Shown: positions 1 through 4,451, counted from the stretch's first letter. The stretch: DNA of 6,133 nucleotides from Candidatus Electronema aureum (GCA_004284765.1 NQJD01000068.1:1-6133); one strand, 5' to 3'. Notes: a model not told the origin generated them from the sequence alone. Made by a program: numbers and translations.

Positions 1-1172
1 CCAGCCGCCACAGAGGGCCCGAAAAGCTTCTGGTACCACGCCTGGTGCTGCGCCGCGAATAACTGAGCCGCACAGCCGGGTTGATCGCTACGCTGCTCAT
101 AGACCTGCACGGCAGCATCACGCACCAACTCGAATGCGTCCAGGTAGCCCTTGGCCGCCATCGCTGCCACTTGCTTTTGATCGGCCGTATCGTTGATCGG
201 ATCCCAGCCTTCCTCGGCTACTTTGTGAATCAGTTCGGGGGTCACCCGATAGCGCTCGATGGACAGCGAGTGATAGGCATCCTCCGCGCGGATTGCTTGC
301 ACCTGGGCCAGGTAATCAGCCGGGCGCAAGTCGACCACGCCACCGACCGGCCGGCAGGCAAGCACGGCCTCCCGGTGCTGTGCCCACAAGGCACGGATGC
401 GCGCATAGAGCGGCGATCGCCCCGGTTGTCCCAGCGCGTAGACTGGCGTTGCGTCAAACGGGGTGTCGTCCGTCTTGAGCTGGATACCCAGCCCGGTGAG
501 TTGCTGGAGTACCGCGTCAGCGAAATCTCCCCGGTTCACTTGCCGATAGGCCGACAAAATGCGCACAAGGCCGGCACGATTGATATTGACCAGCGCGGCC
601 AGTGCTCCAGGGTCCTGGAGCTGGGACATGACGATCTGCACTTCACGACCGTATGCCGTGAAATGCCGGGGCGGCAGATTGACGAGGCAGAGCGGCAGGC
701 TCATGCAACGCAAACCGTGGAGATCAACTGTTTGCGCAGCCGTCGGAAATGCCGATTTACCCGGAAACATGGCGACAGTATGGCCAAATGCCAGGGCTTG
801 CACCTGGCTCTGATTAGACTGCAACACGACATGCACGGTTTTGGGAATCACCGTGTGCTGAGCGTGCCGCAACAAGGAATGCTCCGCGGTCAGACAGTAG
901 CCCGCGCCAAATCGCTCGCCGAGATAGCGCGCAAGATATTCCCAAAAATTGGCAAAAAACGGGGTCGTATCGCCCTGTTCCGCCGTCGGGTCAGAGACGA
1001 AGTACCAGCCCTTGAGAATCTCGCGCAGGTAGCCGGATTGCAACAGCAGCAGGCGATTGACGTTGGCTAACTGCGGCCCCCGCACAACGCCTCGATCTGA
1101 TCCAAGGATGCCGTGCAACTCAGCTAATGCGCGGGCCAGTTTTTGCCGTGAAGTCAGTCGAGGTCGTGCCAT
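1..1172 (-). CDS. Fic/DOC-family-like protein, N-terminal 390 codons (AbiEi-antitoxin-like wHTH module followed by Fic N-terminal helices); 3' end lies beyond the left edge of the window
   Basis: Missing from the supplied track because it runs off the edge. The minus frame is open from ATG at 1172..1170 down to base 1. An in-frame TGA sits at 1178..1176 and a GGTGA SD-like sequence lies 3 nt upstream of the ATG. The translation starts MARPRLTSRQKLARALAELHGILGSDRGVVRGPQLANVNRLLLLQSGYLREILKGWYFVSDP...GYCLTAEHSLLRHAQHTVIPKTVHVVL, an AbiEi-like pattern. It continues ...EDAYHSLSIERYRVTPELI...LFAAQHQAWYQKLFGPSVAAG, the Fic_N / pre-catalytic pattern. The catalytic HxFx(D/E)GNGR motif is not reached inside the window. 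The family call is from memory of family patterns. Confidence 0.75.
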   Translation of the reverse strand, partial: MARPRLTSRQKLARALAELHGILGSDRGVVRGPQLANVNRLLLLQSGYLREILKGWYFVSDPTAEQGDTTPFFANFWEYLARYLGERFGAGYCLTAEHSLLRHAQHTVIPKTVHVVLQSNQSQVQALAFGHTVAMFPGKSAFPTAAQTVDLHGLRCMSLPLCLVNLPPRHFTAYGREVQIVMSQLQDPGALAALVNINRAGLVRILSAYRQVNRGDFADAVLQQLTGLGIQLKTDDTPFDATPVYALGQPGRSPLYARIRALWAQHREAVLACRPVGGVVDLRPADYLAQVQAIRAEDAYHSLSIERYRVTPELIHKVAEEGWDPINDTADQKQVAAMAAKGYLDAFELVRDAAVQVYEQRSDQPGCAAQLFAAQHQAWYQKLFGPSVAA

Positions 1173-1300
1173 AAATCACCATGTTTAGATTCAAATAATC
1201 TACATGTTCAAAATAGAATAATCAACATGTTTTATTTATTTTTATTCAAATAAAATTTACTTTCCATGTAAAAACACGACCATCTTGAGTCGTTTTCCGC
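1173..1300 (-). promoter_or_regulatory. AT-rich promoter/leader region of the Fic-like gene
   Basis: The composition drops sharply to AT-rich directly upstream of the minus-strand ATG. The segment contains the 23-bp tandem repeats plus further CATGT and TTCAAATA motifs (1244-1251, 1264-1269). I could not assign exact -35/-10 hexamers with confidence. Confidence 0.5.
1175..1243. repeat. Three tandem 23-bp imperfect direct repeats (core ATCnnCATGTT)
   Basis: R1 1175-1197 ATCACCATGTTTAGATTCAAATA. R2 1198-1220 ATCTACATGTTCAAAATAGAATA. R3 1221-1243 ATCAACATGTTTTATTTATTTTT. The period is exactly 23 bp. The first 11 nt are conserved and the tails are AT-rich and degenerate. R1 starts 3 nt from the start codon of the Fic-like gene. 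Confidence 0.8.
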
Positions 1301-1396
1301 GCCGATCAAGGTTGTCCCAGAAAGCCCAGAAGATCATCTATCCGAGCTTCCGCCTTCACGTCCAGTGCCCAAGGCAGGCATAACCCCGGGCAGGGG

Positions 1397-1423
1397 CCGT
1401 GCCTGGTCGCTAGACCAGCACGG
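1397..1423. repeat. Stem-loop, 11 bp with one bulged C and a GCTA loop
   Basis: CCGTG(C)CTGGTC GCTA GACCAGCACGG. Pairing was checked base by base. Confidence 0.7.
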
Positions 1424-1431
1424 GGCGCAGC

Positions 1432-1458
1432 CCTGCCAAGCGAGGCCAGCGAAGCAGG
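1432..1458. repeat. Hairpin H0 (weaker member of the conserved-loop family)
   Basis: The stem is CCTGC/GCAGG (5 bp). The 17-nt loop CAAGCGAGGCCAGCGAA resembles the H1/H2 loop core GCGAGCGNAGCGA. Confidence 0.4.
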
Positions 1459-1495
1459 ACCGAGCGACAGCAGCGGGGAGCCGCAACTGAGCAAG

Positions 1496-1529
1496 CCCCC
1501 CTATCTGCGAGCGCAGCGAGTTAGGGGGG
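1496..1529. repeat. Hairpin H1: 8-bp stem, 18-nt conserved loop
   Basis: CCCCCCTA | TCTGCGAGCGCAGCGAGT | TAGGGGGG, perfect pairing. Confidence 0.85.
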
Positions 1530-1552
1530 TGCGTCGAAGGCGCGGGGGCACG

Positions 1553-1579
1553 AAGCTGCCCCGGTCCAGGCGGCAGCTT
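1553..1579. repeat. Stem-loop, 8 bp (AAGCTGCC/GGCAGCTT) with an 11-nt loop
   Basis: AAGCTGCC ccggtccaggc GGCAGCTT. It lies between H1 and H2. Confidence 0.7.
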
Positions 1580-1601
1580 GGTGGGGGGGCCGACCGGCGA
1601 A

Positions 1602-1635
1602 GCCGCCCATTTGCGAGCGTAGCGAGTTGGGCGGC
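1602..1635. repeat. Hairpin H2: 8-bp stem, 18-nt conserved loop (paralog of H1)
   Basis: GCCGCCCA | TTTGCGAGCGTAGCGAGT | TGGGCGGC, perfect pairing. The loop is 16/18 identical to H1. Three stem pairs differ from H1 and all three changes are compensated. Confidence 0.85.
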
Positions 1636-1671
1636 GTAGTCCGGTTGGGGGCAAAGCCCGGGACGCCAAGC

Positions 1672-1841
1672 AAAGCGCGGCCACCCTGGTCAGCAAGCCG
1701 GCTTGCCGGCGTGGTCGTTGCAGGGGTCCCCGTTTTCTGGACGCGCAGCGGCCGGAAAAAAGGGGAGGCAACGAGTCCCAAAGGGACCACTTTGGAGCGC
1801 TTGCGCGTAAAAGTGCCTGCGGAGCAGGGTGGCCGCGCTTT
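1672..1841. repeat. Perfect 17-bp inverted repeat enclosing 136 bp
   Basis: The left arm is 1672-1688, AAAGCGCGGCCACCCTG. The right arm is 1825-1841, CAGGGTGGCCGCGCTTT. The interior holds further small hairpins: GCAAG-CCGG-CTTGC, GTCC..GGAC, GTCCC-AAA-GGGAC, and the alternative CCAAAG-GGACCA-CTTTGG. Confidence 0.85.
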
Positions 1842-1983
1842 ATGCGGCGTCCCCCGCAAGGGGCGATAAGGAGCGAAGCGACCCAGCCCCGCTGCAAGCC
1901 GGTGAAACCGGCTGAAAGCCCAAGCCCGGCAAGGAGGCTGCAAGCCGACCCAGGGCGCGGAGCCGCAACGCGGCGGAGTTTGT

Positions 1984-2040
1984 TTTACACGAATTTATAC
2001 CACGGGTATTCATTGACAATAGCCTCACGAATAACCACGG
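1984..2040 (+). promoter_or_regulatory. Candidate promoter/operator region of the 2056 operon
   Basis: Two direct copies of CACGAAT-N(2-5)-CCACGG are present: 1988-2005 CACGAATTTATACCACGG and 2026-2040 CACGAATAACCACGG. A perfect TTGACA sits at 2013-2018, but there is no good -10 at 17 bp. An alternative pair is TTTACA 1984-1989, a 17-bp spacer, then TATTCA 2007-2012. The hexamer assignment is uncertain. Confidence 0.4.
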
Positions 2041-2055
2041 ATTGATTACCGTTAC

Positions 2056-2877
2056 ATGGATACGAGTACACAAATTAAGAAAATGCAGGCGGCGCGAGCA
2101 CTACGCCTAGGCGATAAGTCGCCACGCCAGGTCGGCGCTGAAAAGGCGAACTTGGTGCTGCTCTGGATCTACCGCTGGGGCTGGGCCAGCCCGACCACAG
2201 TCGGCCTGGTCGGCAGCGACAACCAGAACGGACTGGCGGCACGCCTGGTAAGGCGTGGCTTCCTGAACAAAATCCGAACGGAGTCGGGCGGGGGACAGCG
2301 CGACGTGCCAGCCTACATCCTAACGCTCACAGAGCTAGGACGACACGAGGTCGAGCGCTTGATAACTGACCCGGATGACCTGCTGCCATATGACGTCGAC
2401 CCATACCGCATCAATCAAACGCTGCTGCGCCATGACCACATGGCGCAGACAGCGACCGCCAAGGCGTTAGCCAGCGGCACGATTTCTGGCTACCAAACAG
2501 AGCGGGAACTGCGGCAGAAGAGCCAGAAAAGCATGAAACAGCCGGATGTGGTGTGGCAGCAAGGCTCGGACCATCTCACCGCAGTCGAGATCGAACTATC
2601 GGCCAAATGGGAGCGCGACCTCGACCAGTTTGTTCGGTCTTGCATCTATGCGATGACAGAGGGACGAAATGGAGAGCCGCCACGCTTCCAGCACATTGCC
2701 GTGGTCAGCGATGCGCCAGCCATCGTGACCCGGTACAAGCGGGCGTTTTCTCCAGGCGCCTCCTATGGCATCTGGAAGCGGGACGAAAAAAGTCGGCACT
2801 GGAAGCAGGAGCGCACCGCAGAAGTTCCAGATTGGGTCGAGGAAAGGATGCTGTGGAAACTTGTCGAACATCGCTAA
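2056..2877 (+). CDS. wHTH + PD-(D/E)xK-like protein resembling the 'replication-relaxation' (Replic_Relax) family
   Basis: This is the 273-aa track ORF, with GC-rich third positions. The N-terminal part fits a winged-helix pattern (LVLLWIYRWGWASPTTVGLV...AARLVRRGFLNKI...YILTLTELGRHEV). The C-terminal part fits H..D..ExE..K spacing (LLRHDHMAQT...KQPDVVWQQ...AVEIELSAKWERDL). There is no clear SD before ATG 2056; an alternative in-frame ATG lies at 2083. The family call is from memory of the Pfam pattern. Confidence 0.8.
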   Translation: MDTSTQIKKMQAARALRLGDKSPRQVGAEKANLVLLWIYRWGWASPTTVGLVGSDNQNGLAARLVRRGFLNKIRTESGGGQRDVPAYILTLTELGRHEVERLITDPDDLLPYDVDPYRINQTLLRHDHMAQTATAKALASGTISGYQTERELRQKSQKSMKQPDVVWQQGSDHLTAVEIELSAKWERDLDQFVRSCIYAMTEGRNGEPPRFQHIAVVSDAPAIVTRYKRAFSPGASYGIWKRDEKSRHWKQERTAEVPDWVEERMLWKLVEHR

Positions 2878-3476
2878 TCGCCTTCGCCCTGTTAGCGGCG
2901 CTCCTATCAGGCTGTGACTCAGAGGTGAGCCGGCTCCAGTCCGAGAATGCCAGCCTGCGTCAGAGGCTGGCTGAAGCGGGTCAGCGTCAAGCTGAACTGG
3001 AGTACATGGAGCAGCAAGCCGGAATTGCCGCCGGTTGTGATTGGCTCGTGTCACTCTGTCCTACCTCAATCGTGGAAACAGGACGTCAGGCACAGGCGCA
3101 AGGCTTCGGCGGCGGCCATACCCTACCTTTCTGGATTGCATTCATCACCAAGCTACTGGCGATGGGTACGTTTCTAGGTGGCATGGGTGGGATGGCTATT
3201 TGGCTATGGATCAAGATTGGATATCCGGAAGCTGAGGAGTTAGCCAAGGCAAAAGCGTTGCTGCAGAACGCCGACAGACAAGCCAAGGCGGCACAGCAGC
3301 GGGCAGCGCAAGCAGAAGCCAAAGCTGTTCTGCTATGCGAAGCGAACTGGGATGCTCAAGTCACACTGGAGGAGCTAAACAGGCAAATTGAGGCCAGTAA
3401 GCAAACACTGGAAGCCAAAACCCGAGAGATTCAGGCAACAAAGCTAGTGCAAGCGGCCTTAAACGCTTTCGACTGA
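2853..3476 (+). CDS. Putative lipoprotein / membrane protein with coiled-coil segments (207 aa)
   Basis: I use an internal GTG start at 2853 within track ORF 2553..3476, preceded by GAGGAAAGGA at 2839-2848. This start yields METCRTSLIAFALLAALLSGC, a basic n-region, a hydrophobic core and an LSGC lipobox. The rest contains a hydrophobic stretch LPFWIAFITKLLAMGTFLGGMGGMAIWLWI and A/Q/K/E-rich helical tails. It overlaps the upstream gene by 25 nt, which suggests translational coupling. Confidence 0.7.
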   Translation: METCRTSLIAFALLAALLSGCDSEVSRLQSENASLRQRLAEAGQRQAELEYMEQQAGIAAGCDWLVSLCPTSIVETGRQAQAQGFGGGHTLPFWIAFITKLLAMGTFLGGMGGMAIWLWIKIGYPEAEELAKAKALLQNADRQAKAAQQRAAQAEAKAVLLCEANWDAQVTLEELNRQIEASKQTLEAKTREIQATKLVQAALNAFD

Positions 3477-3484
3477 AAAGCCAC

Positions 3485-3499
3485 GGGGGCTAAGCCCCC
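3485..3499 (+). terminator. GC hairpin just after the operon stop; no U-tract
   Basis: GGGGGC TAA GCCCCC lies 9 nt after the TGA at 3474-3476. It is followed by GAACCCCG rather than a T-run, so intrinsic terminator function is doubtful. Confidence 0.3.
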
Positions 3500-3531
3500 G
3501 AACCCCGACCCTTGCCGCCGGGAGGCTCGCC

Positions 3532-3558
3532 GGGGATGGGTAAAACCAACCCATCCCC
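3532..3558. repeat. Stem-loop, 10 bp (GGGGATGGGT/ACCCATCCCC) with a 7-nt loop
   Basis: GGGGATGGGT aaaacca ACCCATCCCC, perfect pairing. It lies in ORF-poor GC-rich block C. Confidence 0.7.
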
Positions 3559-3607
3559 TCTGGCCATGAGCATCATCGCTCCGGTCAACGTCAAGGGTGC
3601 GCTTCGC

Positions 3608-3656
3608 CAGGTGCTCACCCGGTCCCGGCCATGCCGGGCTGCGGCTTCCGCACCTG
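3608..3656. repeat. Nested stem-loops in block C
   Basis: The outer stem is CAGGTGC (3608-3614) / GCACCTG (3650-3656). The inner hairpin is CCCGGC-CAT-GCCGGG (3624-3638). Confidence 0.55.
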
Positions 3657-4130
3657 CCCTTGACGCCGCCCTTCGCTTACAGGCCCATCGAGTCCCCCGC
3701 CCAGGATAGAGCAAGGAAGTCAGCCCTCCGCCGTTCTGCTGCCCAGTGGCGGCTTCTCGCATGTTCTGGCCGATTCGCTGACAGTCTCGGGTGTCCCCCT
3801 TTTCACCACTCTCCGAGCGCTGCTTTCACCTCCTGGGTGACCGCCTGCGCACTGGTGGCGCCGGCGAATACGGCGTCAGCTGGAGCATGGTGCTGCTGTG
3901 CTGGGCGCTGTAAGGCCAGTTCGCTACGCTTGGCGGTGGTTATCTGCCGTTCTTCCCGAACTGGGCGGAAAGGTATGAGCAGGGGCTGGTGACGGTGAAG
4001 GAGTGGCGGGAGAACCGGTTCAGGTTTTTCTGAAAAAAATAAACGACGCCTATATCACAACTAAAGCAATTAGTTTCAGACTTTTTTTACAGGAAACCTC
4101 GCTGTTACGTTCAAGCGGCGATGGTAGGAT

Positions 4131-4155
4131 TAGCACTCAAATGAGTCGAGTGCTA
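4131..4155. repeat. Stem-loop, 8 bp (TAGCACTC/GAGTGCTA), followed by an A-run
   Basis: TAGCACTC aaatgagtc GAGTGCTA, then AAAAAAC. On the plus strand it is followed by A residues and on the minus strand preceded by T residues, so it is not a canonical terminator on either strand. Confidence 0.6.
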
Positions 4156-4278
4156 AAAAACTCCCCCAACACATAAAACACTGTATCTAGTCAACACCTT
4201 GAGATAAAGCACTAGATCTAGTAGTCTAAAAACCATATTAAAAAAGTGGTTTGGAGAAAAAATGACTTTAGATGATTG

Positions 4279-4383
4279 CGCCTCTACCCCATAGCCCACA
4301 ACGGTAGAGGCGAAAAAAAGCCCACACTGGCGATTCTCTTCACGTAGAGCCAGTATGGGCAGCGCAGGGGCACCAAGAGGTGC
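4279..4383. other. Three consecutive stem-loops (possible leader or small RNA)
   Basis: The first is 4279-4312, CGCCTCTACC (14-nt loop) GGTAGAGGCG, 10 bp, followed by AAAAAAA. The second is 4320-4360, GCCCACACTGGC (17-nt loop) GCCAGTATGGGC, 11/12 pairs. Its single C/A mismatch becomes a G-U wobble if the minus strand is transcribed. The third is 4370-4383, GCACC-AAGA-GGTGC. Confidence 0.4.
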
Positions 4384-4413
4384 TAGCGGTATTCATCAAC
4401 CTTTAACAACCAG

Positions 4414-4433
4414 TTTCGTGTTGGCGCACGAAA
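4414..4433. promoter_or_regulatory. Inverted repeat TTTCGTG-N6-CACGAAA upstream of the small ORF
   Basis: The arms are a perfect 7 bp. The half-sites match those of the 16-bp element at 4752 and 5619, but with a wider spacer. It lies about 12 nt upstream of the strong SD at 4445-4455. Confidence 0.5.
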
Positions 4434-4451
4434 TCATGCTGGTGAAAGGAG

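Larger units (their letters stand above)
1320..1985. other. GC-rich, ORF-poor, hairpin-dense non-coding block A (candidate structured RNA or single-strand DNA element)
   Basis: All track ORFs here (1306..1494, 1334..1897, 1521..1943, 1627..1869, 1840..2073, 1842..2045) are P/R/G/A-rich with no protein-like pattern. The sequence is packed with stable stem-loops: 1397-1423, 1432-1458, 1496-1529, 1553-1579, 1602-1635, 1672-1841, 1775-1787, 1852-1863 and 1895-1911. Many loops are A-rich (GCAA, GAAA, AAA). Confidence 0.6.

Noticed and set aside
81-1070. 329-aa plus-strand ORF from the track
   Set aside because: It is the antisense shadow of the minus-strand Fic-like gene. It is rich in R/H/G/L with no domain-like pattern, whereas the opposite strand reads as a coherent protein with a clean start.
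1919-1929. CCCAAGCCCGG, which matches an 11-nt stretch I recall from a twister ribozyme, together with frequent AAGCC loops
   Set aside because: The rest of the twister architecture (the P1/P2 helices, the UA cleavage context and an 8-nt P4 loop) cannot be drawn here. A single 11-mer is insufficient.
1306-2073. Six overlapping ORFs (62-187 aa) across block A
   Set aside because: All are P/R/G/A-rich and mutually overlapping. The conserved H1/H2 units fall in different frames, so the conservation is at nucleotide or structure level.
2553-2852. N-terminal 100 codons of track ORF 2553..3476
   Set aside because: This part overlaps the 2056..2877 gene out of frame and is R/H/G-rich junk. A GTG at 2853 with an upstream SD gives a canonical lipoprotein signal peptide, so the real gene most likely starts there.
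1672-2877. Retron-like reading (inverted repeat plus structured non-coding region upstream of a gene)
   Set aside because: The downstream gene is not a reverse transcriptase, and no RT motif occurs anywhere in the window.
3490-3992. Track ORFs 3490..3762(-), 3512..3709(+) and 3597..3992(+)
   Set aside because: Their composition is low-complexity P/R/A/G. They have no start context and they overlap each other. I treat them as non-coding block C.
4059-4089. AACTAA-AGCAA-TTAGTT hairpin followed by a T7 run, considered as an intrinsic terminator
   Set aside because: The stem is only 6 bp, all A/T plus one G-C, and the T-run starts 6 nt after the stem. That is too weak to call.
4153-4236. 27-aa hydrophobic minus-strand peptide (MVFRLLDLVLYLKVLTRYSVLCVGGVF), considered as a type I toxin
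   Set aside because: It has no SD and no recognisable antisense partner. An AT-rich composition explains the hydrophobicity.
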